Part shown: piece by piece, positions 34,454-44,193 of the stretch
How positions within the stretch are numbered: the stretch's first letter is position 1
How the letters are laid out: each line of letters begins with the position of its first letter
Source of the DNA: Candidatus Poribacteria bacterium
GTDB lineage: Bacteria; Poribacteria; WGA-4E; WGA-3G
Direction: 5' to 3'
Assembly: GCA_028820845.1 (NCBI GenBank)
Contig: JAPPII010000061.1
Coordinates: 1,889-65,888, forward strand
DNA: 64,000 bases
The notes under the pieces: generated by a model
Database searches by the model: none
What the model saw: the letters and a program-made list of their open reading frames with translations, nothing else
Told to the model about the DNA's origin: nothing
Position numbers and translations under genes: made by a program

Positions 34454-35218
34454 ATGGTTCCACCTACCCATCCGAATCAAGCGGATATAGGCACACTTGA
34501 TGGGAAAGTTGCAGTGGTTACCGGAGGATCAAAAGGGATTGGTAAAGCGATCACCTTTGGTTTGGCTGCAGCTGGTGCGAAAGTTGTGCTTGCTGCCCGA
34601 ACACCTGAAACCCTTGAACAGGCCGCAGCGGAGCTGAGAGTAGGAGGGGTTTCTAACCCCGATTCCGTACTCGCTGTGCCAACGGATGTAACCGACGCAG
34701 CGGCGGTGCAAGGGCTTGTCGAAAAAACGCTGGATGTTTACCAACGCTTAGATATTCTCATTAACAATGCCGGGATTGGTCGTTTTGGGACGGTCGCCGA
34801 TTTCATGCCAAGTGATTGGGATGCAGTAATTGACTCTAATTTAAAGGCGATTTATCTTTGCACAAAATCCGCGCTTTCACCTATGTTGGCACAAGGTGGT
34901 GGGCAGATTATTAATGTGCTTTCAATCGCTGCAAAAGTTCCGTTTGAGGCATCAGGCGCGTATTGTGCCGCGAAGGCAGGGGCGTTAGCATTCACAAAAG
35001 TTTTAGCCAGCGAGGTTCGCCAGCAGAATATTCGGGTGACTGCGGTGCTGCCGGGGTCGGTGCATACGCCATTTTGGGATGAGATTCCGCAGCATCCAGA
35101 CTTTGAACAGATGCTTAAGCCAGAGCATGTAGCGGATACGGTTGTCTCGGTTTGCCAACAACCGTCGGGTATGGTAACTGAGGAAATTGTTGTGATGCCA
35201 CCATTAGGGATACTCTAA
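34454..35218 (+). CDS. short-chain dehydrogenase/reductase (candidate sepiapterin/pteridine reductase by context)
   Basis: TGGSKGIG, NNAG and the YCAAK catalytic motif. Adjacent to PTPS and folE. Confidence 0.8.
   Translation: MVPPTHPNQADIGTLDGKVAVVTGGSKGIGKAITFGLAAAGAKVVLAARTPETLEQAAAELRVGGVSNPDSVLAVPTDVTDAAAVQGLVEKTLDVYQRLDILINNAGIGRFGTVADFMPSDWDAVIDSNLKAIYLCTKSALSPMLAQGGGQIINVLSIAAKVPFEASGAYCAAKAGALAFTKVLASEVRQQNIRVTAVLPGSVHTPFWDEIPQHPDFEQMLKPEHVADTVVSVCQQPSGMVTEEIVVMPPLGIL
34640..34660 (+). repeat. GTAG-headed REP-like palindrome (GTAGGA-GGGGTT-TCT-AACCCC) inside the SDR coding sequence
   Basis: Same head, loop and phase as the copy at 823-846. Encodes V-G-G-V-S-N-P. Confidence 0.65.
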
Positions 35219-35274
35219 TCGTGTAGGTCGGTAAGCGTATCGGTCTTAGTCATACAATTTTGACTCAATGTGCT

Positions 35275-36705
35275 TCAAAAGGTAAAGTTTCCAACCTTCC
35301 GTGAGATGCGAATTTTGCGGATAGCACGTTCATCGGCATCTATAACTGTAATGACTGAGTCATGGAGTTTGAGGTTTGTTCCGACTTCTGGGATAGTCCC
35401 GGTTCGTTCTAAGATATAGCCAGCGACTGTTTCGTAGTCGCCTTCAGGAATTTGGAGTCGGTAGTGTTCTTTGAGCAGGTTGACTTCGGTTCTGCCGTCG
35501 CATTCGAGGATTTTGGGGGTGATGAGTCGAATGAAGTCGGGTTCATCACGTTCGTCGGCGAATTCACCAACGATTTCTTCAACAAGATCTTCAACGGTAA
35601 CAAGTCCAACGGTGCCGCCATATTCATCCACAGCGAATACCATGGTGTGTCGTGTGTCTTGGATCTCTTTGAGGAGGGCATTGATATTTTTTGATTCGGG
35701 AACAAAGTGCAAGGCTGTGCGGATAAAAGGTTCCACTGTTTCAGGTTGGGTATCTTCTCTTTTGGGTTGATTCGTCGTAGTCCGTTCTTTGTCTTTTCCC
35801 GAGGAACTTGAGTTGTTGTCAGAGGTATCTGATGCGACATCATCGTAAATAACATCTAAGAGGTTAATGATCCCAATAATGTTATAGATGTGTTCTTCGT
35901 AGACTGGGATTCTCGAAAAGCCGGAGTCAGCGGCGATTTGCAAAAAATCTTCGCATTTTGTGTTTTTTTCAATGGCAACGATGTCAACAAGGGGCACCAT
36001 GACTTGGGCAACCGTTCGGTCTTGAAGGTTGAGCAGGCTATGAATCATCCTACGTTGGTCTGTAAGTAAGTTCCCTGAACGCTCACCGATAATGGCAAGA
36101 ATCCATAATTCTTCACGTTGAGCATCGGGACTTTGACTGCGAGCACTTCTGTCTATGAGTTTGATGAGAAATTGTGTAAGATTTTGAACGAGATAGATGA
36201 GAGGTGCGAAAATCACCTCAGAGATTTTTAAGGGGTAGGCATAACGCAGTGCTAAGATATCGGCTTTAACGCGAAAGATGGTTTTCGGTAAAATTTCTCC
36301 AAAAATTAGGAGCAGTGCCGTTATACCAGCAGTAGCGATTAATCCTTGTAAACTTACTGCGAGGTTCGGAAGCCCACGTGCAACGAGTCCTTCGCCAAGT
36401 TGTGCAATAAGCACATTTGCAAGATTCGTTCCAACTAAAGTGAGTGCGAGCATCCGCTGCGGGGATTCAACTAAGCGGTGAATAATGCTTGCTTTGGCAT
36501 CATCGGATTCAACGAGTTGATTAAGTCGGATTTTATTAACAGATACGAGAGCCGTCTCCGAGCCGGAGTAGAAAGCCGATAAAACGAGGCAGATGAGCAC
36601 TGCAACAGCGAATGAACTGAGCACCGCGATTTGTGCTGTGCCACTGGCACCAATTAAAAAGAGAGATAATAAGAGAACTTTCAATTGTTTGTATATGTTA
36701 GGCAC
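35275..36705 (-). CDS. CNNM/CorC-family transporter (DUF21 + CBS pair + CorC_HlyC)
   Basis: SAFYSGSETAL and GEILPKT (DUF21), a CBS region, and C-terminal GYILERTGTIPEVG. Carries a low-complexity insert SDTSDNNSSSSGKDKERTTTNQPKRED. Confidence 0.85.
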   Translation of the reverse strand: MPNIYKQLKVLLLSLFLIGASGTAQIAVLSSFAVAVLICLVLSAFYSGSETALVSVNKIRLNQLVESDDAKASIIHRLVESPQRMLALTLVGTNLANVLIAQLGEGLVARGLPNLAVSLQGLIATAGITALLLIFGEILPKTIFRVKADILALRYAYPLKISEVIFAPLIYLVQNLTQFLIKLIDRSARSQSPDAQREELWILAIIGERSGNLLTDQRRMIHSLLNLQDRTVAQVMVPLVDIVAIEKNTKCEDFLQIAADSGFSRIPVYEEHIYNIIGIINLLDVIYDDVASDTSDNNSSSSGKDKERTTTNQPKREDTQPETVEPFIRTALHFVPESKNINALLKEIQDTRHTMVFAVDEYGGTVGLVTVEDLVEEIVGEFADERDEPDFIRLITPKILECDGRTEVNLLKEHYRLQIPEGDYETVAGYILERTGTIPEVGTNLKLHDSVITVIDADERAIRKIRISRKVGNFTF

Positions 36706-36733
36706 AGTGGCCTAATTGGTTACTGAACGGTTG

Positions 36734-38080
36734 TTACGTCTCCACTTTCGGCGTAACTGGCAGCTTGATAAATAGGCTTGTGATGACATTGCCCTCTGTG
36801 GCGGTTATTTCAAATTTGATGCCGTTTTCGTCAGTGTATGATTCCCCGACTGAAGGGATTCTACCGAAGAGTCCAAAAGCGTACCCACCGACAGTGTCAG
36901 CGTCGTCTTCACTCAATTTGAGTTCGTTGAATTGATGGTTGAGTTCTCGGATACTCATCCTGCCGGACACTTCGAGTAACAATGGGTCTGTAGAGTGTTT
37001 AACGAAATCAGGTAAAGATTCGCCTCTATCATGTTCGTCGATGATGTCGCCGACGACTTGTTCAACGATGTCTTCAGTTGTAACGATACCCGAAACGCCA
37101 CCATATTCATCTAAGAGAATCGCCGTTTTTGTTTTTTCGTCGGTAAGTTGCAGCAGTAACACACCGATTTTACGGGTTTCAAGCACCAGAATGGGGTCAC
37201 GAATAAGCGGCGCGTTAGAAGGGGCGTTAGGAATTGTATCTCGTTCTTCAAGAAAAGTGTCAAGTGTGCGTGAATTCACTGAGGCGTGCCGCCACAGCGG
37301 AAAGTCTTTGACGTAGAAGATTCCGCAGATATTATCAATCTGGTCCCGATAGACTGGAATGCGTGAAAACCCTGAGTCCTTTGCCTGTTTTAGAGTTTCT
37401 TGAATCGTATTAGATGTAGGAACTGCGACGACTTCAGTCCGCGGTACCATAATCTCTCTTGCTTCAATGTCGCGCAATTCAAGAATATTGCTCACAATTG
37501 CCCGTTCATCTTCGGGAAGTGCTTCTTCGTGGTATGCATTGACAATCTCTTTGAAATCTGTAGCGGTAAGGTCTTCGGTATCAGGTGTCTGTCCAGTAAA
37601 TATGGGAACGAGGAAGTCAATGATGCGGCGCAGTAACACTCGTAGCGGCGTAATGCAGATCGAAAATATCCACAGAGGTGGGGCTGTTATTTTGGCAAAG
37701 GTCTCAGGGTGCTTAATAGCGTAAGTCTTTGGTGCCATCTCACCAAAGATGAGCATAAGAACAACACTAAGGACTGTGGCTACAGCAAATTGGAGCACTT
37801 CCGTACTATCGGGCAAGACTTGCTTCTTAATAAGCCATAGCATGAGGATTGCAAACGAGACGTTTACAAGGTTATTACCAAGTAGGACAGTAATAAATAA
37901 TCTCGGAGGGTTGTCAACAAAGTTGACAATAGCAGACGTTCTGCCCTTTTCAAAACGGAAACGCTCAATTTGCACTTGGGTAAGTACGCACAAAGCAGTC
38001 TCGGATCCCGAAAAGAAACCGGACAAAGCAAGCAATCCTGTCAAGCTGATCAGATAAGGGAGTAGTGGAACAACTTCCAT
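36734..38080 (-). CDS. CNNM/CorC-family transporter, second paralog
   Basis: GFFSGSETAL, GEMAPKT, a CBS pair, and GYAFGLFGRIPSVG. ATG 38080 (MEVVPLL) is preferred to 38134. Confidence 0.85.
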   Translation of the reverse strand: MEVVPLLPYLISLTGLLALSGFFSGSETALCVLTQVQIERFRFEKGRTSAIVNFVDNPPRLFITVLLGNNLVNVSFAILMLWLIKKQVLPDSTEVLQFAVATVLSVVLMLIFGEMAPKTYAIKHPETFAKITAPPLWIFSICITPLRVLLRRIIDFLVPIFTGQTPDTEDLTATDFKEIVNAYHEEALPEDERAIVSNILELRDIEAREIMVPRTEVVAVPTSNTIQETLKQAKDSGFSRIPVYRDQIDNICGIFYVKDFPLWRHASVNSRTLDTFLEERDTIPNAPSNAPLIRDPILVLETRKIGVLLLQLTDEKTKTAILLDEYGGVSGIVTTEDIVEQVVGDIIDEHDRGESLPDFVKHSTDPLLLEVSGRMSIRELNHQFNELKLSEDDADTVGGYAFGLFGRIPSVGESYTDENGIKFEITATEGNVITSLFIKLPVTPKVET

Positions 38081-38361
38081 TCTTTTTATGAAGCAATCTT
38101 TCGGTAGAATTAGCGATCCGAAACTTGCTCTCAATTATACGAAATTAGCGAGAATTTACGAACTGGAATTTCTATTTGATTTTTTTATACTAACATATTG
38201 CCAAATAAATCGCAATAAAAAATTTTGCCATTCAATGTGGCGAATAGTTAATGGTTTATAGTCACTCGTTGTGGCAGGTGAAAGCTTTTGCAACTGCCAC
38301 ACGTCTTAACAGCAACCAACAACTATAAATTGAAAGCGCAGCGACCTAATCGAGGATATTC

Positions 38362-39006
38362 ATGACAAAGTTAGAACAGATGCGGCGGATCGAAGCCAGT
38401 GGTATCGTCGCTATAATTCGTGCGAATAGTGCAAATGAGTTAATTGATGCTGCCGCGGCAATTCACGCTGGTGGTGTTGACGTGATTGAAGTGACAATGA
38501 CAACCCCGAATGCGCTGCAAGTAATTAGTGATGTATCATCAACGTATGGAGATGCCATTCTCGTTGGTGCCGGGTCGGTCTTAGACGCGGAGACGGCTCG
38601 CGCTGTAATGTTGGCGGGGGCAGAGTTCATTGTCAGTCCCGTTACCAAGGCAGATGTCATTGAGATCTGTAATCGCTACGGCAAAGTCGTTATTCCAGGT
38701 GCTTTTACGCCAACAGAGATTTTGATGGCGTGGGAAGCCGGTGCGGATTATGTCAAGGTGTTTCCATCAAGTGGGGTTGGTGCCTCATATATAAAAGATG
38801 TAAAAGCCCCGCTCCCTCATATTCCTCTTGTGCCGACAGGTGGTATCAATATTGAAAATGCTGGCGAATTTATCAGGGCTGGTGCCACAGCATTGGGGGT
38901 TGGTAGTGCCTTGGTTAATAATCAACTCATTGCAGCAAGGGAGTTTGAATCCCTTACTGAACGGGCTAAGAGACTGTGTGCCGAGGTGCAACGCGCTCGA
39001 TTTTAG
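38362..39006 (+). CDS. eda: KDPG / 4-hydroxy-2-oxoglutarate aldolase
   Basis: GIVAIIRA, IEVTMTTPNAL, GAGSVLD, FIVSP and VKVFP (Schiff-base Lys) are Eda family motifs. Confidence 0.88.
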   Translation: MTKLEQMRRIEASGIVAIIRANSANELIDAAAAIHAGGVDVIEVTMTTPNALQVISDVSSTYGDAILVGAGSVLDAETARAVMLAGAEFIVSPVTKADVIEICNRYGKVVIPGAFTPTEILMAWEAGADYVKVFPSSGVGASYIKDVKAPLPHIPLVPTGGINIENAGEFIRAGATALGVGSALVNNQLIAAREFESLTERAKRLCAEVQRARF

Positions 39007-39137
39007 CAGTAGTTTGGGTTAAATTTACGAAAATTGTTTTTTTTGTTGACAATTAATATTAATTCTGTTAATTTTAATATTAGGAAATTATATCTCATCC
39101 CTTTTATTGTCTGCTCTAAACTCTTGAAGATGCTGTT

Positions 39138-41075
39138 ATGCAGATTGACCAATTAATTTTAGGTAAATATAGATTGTTGGAGTATCTGAATTCAGGAGGA
39201 TTCTCGTCGGTCTTTCGCGCTCGCGAAGAGATGACGAACCGAAACGTTGCCATCAAAGCCTTAGCAAAAACAGCATATCCGGCAGGTAGGATGAAGTTTT
39301 TGCTAAATGAATTTCAAGCAATGTCAAAGATTTGGGGACATCCCAATATTGTCTCGATTCATACAGTTGAACCGGGTACGGATGACTATGTTGCATGGAT
39401 CGTGATGGAATATGTTGAAGGGAAAAGTCTTCACGAACTGATGCAGGAGGGCCCGCTTTCGCTAACCGATACAATCAATGTTGGCTTGGATATCTGCCGC
39501 GGACTGAAAGCAGCGCATGCTCACAAAATTATGCATCGTGACATCAAGCCCCAAAATATATTGCTCACGACCGATAAACAAGCGAAGGTCGCGGACTTCA
39601 GTATTGCCCGTATTTTTGGCGAAACCACCGAGTTTGCTGAAACGATGGCGGGAACGCGTCGCTATATGGCACCGGAACAACATTATGGATCTTATGACTA
39701 TCGGGCAGACCTGTATGCCACAGCCCTTATTTTGTACCAAGCCGTGACGGGGCGATTCCCATTTTCGGGTGAGAACAAGGAGATGGATAAAAAGAAGGCT
39801 GCCGGCGAAATAGAAGAAATCTATAGATGTCCAGAGGTGCTTCGCACTTTCTTACAAAAGGCACTCCATCGCCAACTCTCTGAACGTCATCAAAATGCGA
39901 CCGAAATGTACGATGAATTAGATCGTATCCGCCGAGATGAGTACGTCAAACAGGCTTCGCAGCTTATTGATGCCAGCGTCAATTCCAGCAATCCGAGATT
40001 AGCAGAGGCACTTGAACGATACCGCAAAACCTTCCGACTGCCTATTGAAGTCGCAGAACGAATGAATCAAAATCTTTTTTTTGAGCAGCGGCGGAAAGAG
40101 GAAAATAATAAGCGTGAGAAGTTGGTTGCCCAAATCTACAAACATTATACACTTGCTACACGCTACATTGAGAGCCAAGACTACATGGGCGTTTTTGAAG
40201 AAGTCCAGAAAGCGACGCGGCTTTGTCTGGATGACCAAGAGTTACTTAGAACCGTTGATAACCTCTTCCGGCAGCTTAATATCACGACACCTCCTTTGGC
40301 AGCAAGTCCGACTGTTGAGGAAATTATCACACTCATTCAGAAATTACCGGATAACGAAAATGCTGTGCTTCGTACATGGCTTGATAACCAAGAACTTACC
40401 CGTGAAGAGACGGAGACCGATATAGTTCCTATCCAACCCCAAGTTAAAGCATCGGGCAGCTATCGGATGATAATTGAGGAAGCATCGCCAGAATTTTTGC
40501 TGGATCAAGTCCATATTGATATTCAGTATCCGCACGAGGAAGAAGCGTTTCATATTTTCCAAAAAATCCAGATTTACCAGCAACAAGGACGGATGCGGCA
40601 GTGTCACGTCCTCTATAATAAACTGGGGAAGTTCTACCAAAAGCAAGCACGCAGCTTTGCCAAAGCGGATAATCTCGAACTTGTCGCCAACTGTTATACG
40701 CGTGCAAGATTCGCGTATACTGTTGCCGACAAATTTCGACTTGCCAGGAAAAATGCAAAAAATGGTGGGATTTACTACACCCGCCTTGGACGCCAATTTG
40801 AACTCCAGCGCTCATGGGAAGAAGCCGGAAAATCTTATATCCTTGCCGCCTTCAATCATAGCTACGCAAATCTGCCAGCCCTTGTTGAAGAGTGCCACAG
40901 AATGGCAACTGTCTGCTATTTCAACGCCGCTGAGAGTGCGCATCTGAATCGTGAATTACAGATCGCTTATGACTATTACATGTTAATCATGATGATAGGC
41001 GAGAAGATGTCGGCACCCACAAAGGTGGTGAGTGAGGCACAAAAACTTATCTCGGAAATCCCTGTTCAGAGTTAG
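39138..41075 (+). CDS. Ser/Thr protein kinase with a long helical C-terminal region
   Basis: VAIKAL, HRDIKPQNILL, DFSIAR and YMAPE. Confidence 0.9.
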   Translation: MQIDQLILGKYRLLEYLNSGGFSSVFRAREEMTNRNVAIKALAKTAYPAGRMKFLLNEFQAMSKIWGHPNIVSIHTVEPGTDDYVAWIVMEYVEGKSLHELMQEGPLSLTDTINVGLDICRGLKAAHAHKIMHRDIKPQNILLTTDKQAKVADFSIARIFGETTEFAETMAGTRRYMAPEQHYGSYDYRADLYATALILYQAVTGRFPFSGENKEMDKKKAAGEIEEIYRCPEVLRTFLQKALHRQLSERHQNATEMYDELDRIRRDEYVKQASQLIDASVNSSNPRLAEALERYRKTFRLPIEVAERMNQNLFFEQRRKEENNKREKLVAQIYKHYTLATRYIESQDYMGVFEEVQKATRLCLDDQELLRTVDNLFRQLNITTPPLAASPTVEEIITLIQKLPDNENAVLRTWLDNQELTREETETDIVPIQPQVKASGSYRMIIEEASPEFLLDQVHIDIQYPHEEEAFHIFQKIQIYQQQGRMRQCHVLYNKLGKFYQKQARSFAKADNLELVANCYTRARFAYTVADKFRLARKNAKNGGIYYTRLGRQFELQRSWEEAGKSYILAAFNHSYANLPALVEECHRMATVCYFNAAESAHLNRELQIAYDYYMLIMMIGEKMSAPTKVVSEAQKLISEIPVQS

Positions 41076-41086
41076 AGGAGCACGAC

Positions 41087-41860
41087 GTGAAAGCATCTTT
41101 AAAGCGCGGAGAGGTTCTTATAGGGACGTTTGTCCTTGAATTTGGAGGCTCCGCAATTGCGACGCTTTTGGCAAGTGCTGGGGCAGATTTTATTATTGCT
41201 GATCTGGAACATAGCTCGTTTTCTATAGAAACAATGGGACGTATAATTCGGGACGCACGCGGCGCGAATTTGCCGTGTATTGTGCGTGTTCCGGTTCTTG
41301 AACGCCATTTTGTTTCTCGCATCCTTGACGCAGGCGCAACAGGGGTCATGATTCCACGGGTCGAATCCGGTGAAGATCTCGAAAAAATCCGAAACTGGAC
41401 GAAGTACGCACCTGAAGGGGACCGAGGGGTCGCATTCGGTATCGGACATACCGACTATGGTGACTTCACAAAACTTGATACCCAAGCGTATGTGCGTCGG
41501 GCAAACGAAGAGATCCTTAGCATAGGACAAATTGAGACCGTCAAAGCTGTTGAAAACTTGGAGGACATTCTCGCCACTGGTGGGCTAGATGTTATCTTTA
41601 TTGGACCTTATGACTTATCCACCTCTATGGGGATTTCCGGTGAACTTGAACATCCGTTGCTTCTGGATGCAATAAAAAAAGTCATCGCGCTTACACAGCG
41701 ATACAATGTTCCCTTGGGTTGTTATGTCAACGATTTTGAAAGTGGCGAACAGTGGTTAAGGCATGGTGTGCAATTGATAGCGTGTGGGAATGATGCTTTT
41801 TTGTTAACCTGTAAATTTGCCGAGGAAAGTCAGAAATTTAGAAATGCGGTGGGTTCTTAA
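41087..41860 (+). CDS. HpcH/HpaI-family 2-keto-3-deoxy-acid aldolase
   Basis: DFIIADLEHS, VRVP, GVMIPRVES and FIGPYDLS. GTG start with GAGGAG upstream. Confidence 0.8.
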   Translation: MKASLKRGEVLIGTFVLEFGGSAIATLLASAGADFIIADLEHSSFSIETMGRIIRDARGANLPCIVRVPVLERHFVSRILDAGATGVMIPRVESGEDLEKIRNWTKYAPEGDRGVAFGIGHTDYGDFTKLDTQAYVRRANEEILSIGQIETVKAVENLEDILATGGLDVIFIGPYDLSTSMGISGELEHPLLLDAIKKVIALTQRYNVPLGCYVNDFESGEQWLRHGVQLIACGNDAFLLTCKFAEESQKFRNAVGS

Positions 41861-41883
41861 ACGCGAATCTTGTCGCGAAAAAA

Positions 41884-42891
41884 ATGGAAACTTACGATAT
41901 TCTTACAATCGGGCGGAGTTCTATAGATCTCTACGCAAATGACATCGGAGCTCCCTTCACCGACATTAAAAGTTTTGGTGCCTTCGTTGGTGGGTGTCCT
42001 ACCAACATCAGCGTTGGTGTACAGAGACTTGGGCTTCGGGCTGCGTTGCTTACGGCTGTCGGTGAGGATCCGGTTGGAGAATTTCTTCTCAAGTTTTTGA
42101 ATAATGAGGGTGTTGAGACACGATTTATCCCCTGCAAACCCGAACATCGGACGAGTGCTGTTGTTCTCGGTATTGAACCACCGGATCGGTTCCCATTAAT
42201 TTATTATCGTGATAATTGTGCGGATATTGAACTGACAATTGATGACGTTCTTGCTGCACCGGTTGCCGAGAGTCGAGCTGTGCTAATATCAGGAACTGGC
42301 TTGAGCAAAGAACCGAGCCGTAGTGCAACAATCTATGCCGCAGAGCAAGCAAAAGCATTGGGAAAGAAGGTCTTTTTGGACCTCGATTTTCGGGCAGATC
42401 AATGGCACGACCCAAGAGCGTTTGGGATTGTTATTCGGTCTGCCTTGCGCTATATTGACATCGCTATCGGGACAGAGGAAGAAATCAAAGCAGCTACGCT
42501 TAGGAATGTTTCTCAGCTCACAATTGAGCACTCCCAAATTTCAAATCCTACGATTCAAGGGGATATGGCGGTGGCTATTGAGACGCTCTTAGGGGCAGGT
42601 CCAAATGCTCTGATCGTGAAGCGCGGCATTGAGGGAGCAGATGTCCATTTGGCAAGCGGTGAGGTCGTTCACGCAGCACCGTTTCCTGTCGAAGTTTACA
42701 ACACCCTTGGTGCTGGAGATGCCTTTGCCAGTGGTTTTGTCTATGGGAACCTCAGCGATTGGAGTTGGGAAAAATCAGCACGTCTTGGCAATGCTACGGG
42801 TGCGATTGTCGTAACACGGCACGGTTGTGCCAACTTTATGCCAACGATGCCTGAGGTCAACGAGTTTGTCGCGGAACATGGCGGATGGTAA
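41884..42891 (+). CDS. iolC: 5-dehydro-2-deoxygluconokinase (PfkB family)
   Basis: DILTIGRSSIDLYANDIG...FVGGCPTNISVG...FPLIYYRDNCAD...LDLDFRADQW...GAGDAF matches the IolC pattern. Confidence 0.8.
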   Translation: METYDILTIGRSSIDLYANDIGAPFTDIKSFGAFVGGCPTNISVGVQRLGLRAALLTAVGEDPVGEFLLKFLNNEGVETRFIPCKPEHRTSAVVLGIEPPDRFPLIYYRDNCADIELTIDDVLAAPVAESRAVLISGTGLSKEPSRSATIYAAEQAKALGKKVFLDLDFRADQWHDPRAFGIVIRSALRYIDIAIGTEEEIKAATLRNVSQLTIEHSQISNPTIQGDMAVAIETLLGAGPNALIVKRGIEGADVHLASGEVVHAAPFPVEVYNTLGAGDAFASGFVYGNLSDWSWEKSARLGNATGAIVVTRHGCANFMPTMPEVNEFVAEHGGW

Positions 42892-43051
42892 TAAATACGG
42901 TTTCCAACTTTGTGCAACTGTGCTCTGCACGTTAGTTTCTACACACTATATTACTTCATAATACCATAAGTAGTTTGGGGACAAGAAAAGCCTATCCAGT
43001 CATCAATCGGCACACTATTTAGATCTGAATCAAAAGGTGGATCTATATATG

Positions 43052-43588
43052 ATGACGCGTATCAGGACTGAAATAGCGAAAAAGGGTGGTACTTTGCTAC
43101 AAGGGACTATAGAAGGAGACAAAGCTTATATTCGGTGGCAAATCTTGCAAGCCTAACAAAAGAGTAGATCACGAACCTGCTAAGCGCGGTCGCCGAACAG
43201 AGAAAGATACCATCATTGGAACAATCCAACGCGGCGGTAAAGTCGTTGCTCTACTTGGCCGAAACTCACTGGGCCAAGTATTCTGAAGTTTATCGGTTCT
43301 GTTACGAATCTCAAGGATTCTACGTTAATAACTGATAAGTTCTGAGCGTATGGATTGATTAGTAAAAAAATGAAATATGCTGTAATCAATCACCGAGAGT
43401 AGTATGTTAATGGTGAAACACATACCAATACTATTGAAGGTTTTTTGTCATTGTTAAAACGGGCATGGTATGTGCTATATCATCACTATCAGACAGGCTA
43501 TACACCCCTCTACGTGGCGGAACAATGCTACAACTATAACTATCATGATACTGACCTCTTTTGGAAGTTTTTGAAGGAGTGCATATGA
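43052..43588 (+). pseudogene. IS1595-family (ISXO2-like) transposase remnant with multiple frame disruptions
   Basis: Fragments spread across three frames: MTRIRTEIAKKGGTLLQGTIEGDKAYI, KRGRRTEKDTIIGTIQRGGKVVA, and HTNTIEGFLSLLKRAWYVLYHHYQTGYTPLYVAEQCYNYN. The N-terminal zinc-ribbon part is absent. Confidence 0.7.
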
Positions 43589-43589
43589 A

Positions 43590-43824
43590 ATGAAAAAGGC
43601 TAAAGATAGCGAAGTTAGATTGTATGGTTTTATACTTGATAAACTCAAAGAACTCGGTTGGGATACTCGGTCTCCTAAAAATGGAGGTCAAGTTTATGCT
43701 CAAAATGAGCTTAGATATAACGAGCAATTAAAAATAGCCCTCGGTTTGCTATGTCCAGAGTATATTGTAGAGTTGAGTGAGCGAGAATACTGGGTTATTG
43801 AAGCAAAAGCTGCTATCAAAGACC
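43590..43824 (+). pseudogene. 5' stub of a PD-(D/E)xK restriction-endonuclease-like gene (HsdR/Mrr-type N-terminal domain), cut by IS3 copy 2
   Basis: LKELGW...CPEYIVEL...YWVIEAKA fits the (D/E)...ExK nuclease motif. The frame then runs into the IS end at 43825. Confidence 0.5.
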
Positions 43825-43905
43825 TGTACTGCCACCGTAAATTTAGACCACTCCCTAATATAAGATTGTGCTACAATGACGATCTACTTTGAAAGGAGCA
43901 TTCCG

Positions 43906-44193
43906 ATGGCCAAACGCAGAAGATTCACTGCTAAGTTTAAAGCAGCAGTTGTGCGTGAAGCACTTACGGGCGACAGTTCCCAAGCAGAACTCTGTAGACG
44001 ACATAACCTCAGCGAAAATCAAGTCTCCACATGGAAACGACAATATCTTGAACATGCTGAAACCTTTTTTGAGTCGGAAACCGAGAAGCACTCCAGCGAG
44101 TCAGCGGAGCGGATCGCTCAACTTGAACAACTTGTTGGGCGGTTGACCCTGGCGATGGAAATCCAAAAAAAAGCATTGACGCTCTTGGATTGA
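43906..44193 (+). CDS. IS3 transposase OrfA
   Basis: MAKRRRFTAKFKAAVVREAL...; contains the A AAA AAA heptamer in the 0 frame at 44166-44172. Confidence 0.85.
   Translation: MAKRRRFTAKFKAAVVREALTGDSSQAELCRRHNLSENQVSTWKRQYLEHAETFFESETEKHSSESAERIAQLEQLVGRLTLAMEIQKKALTLLD

Noticed and set aside
9868-43824. Simple inversion of the 34-kb segment by recombination between the two inverted IS3 copies
   Set aside because: Re-pairing the flanks would join the methyltransferase 5' part to a tnpB 3' part, which is not a coherent gene. The IS interiors are also substantially diverged. The rearrangement history is therefore left open.
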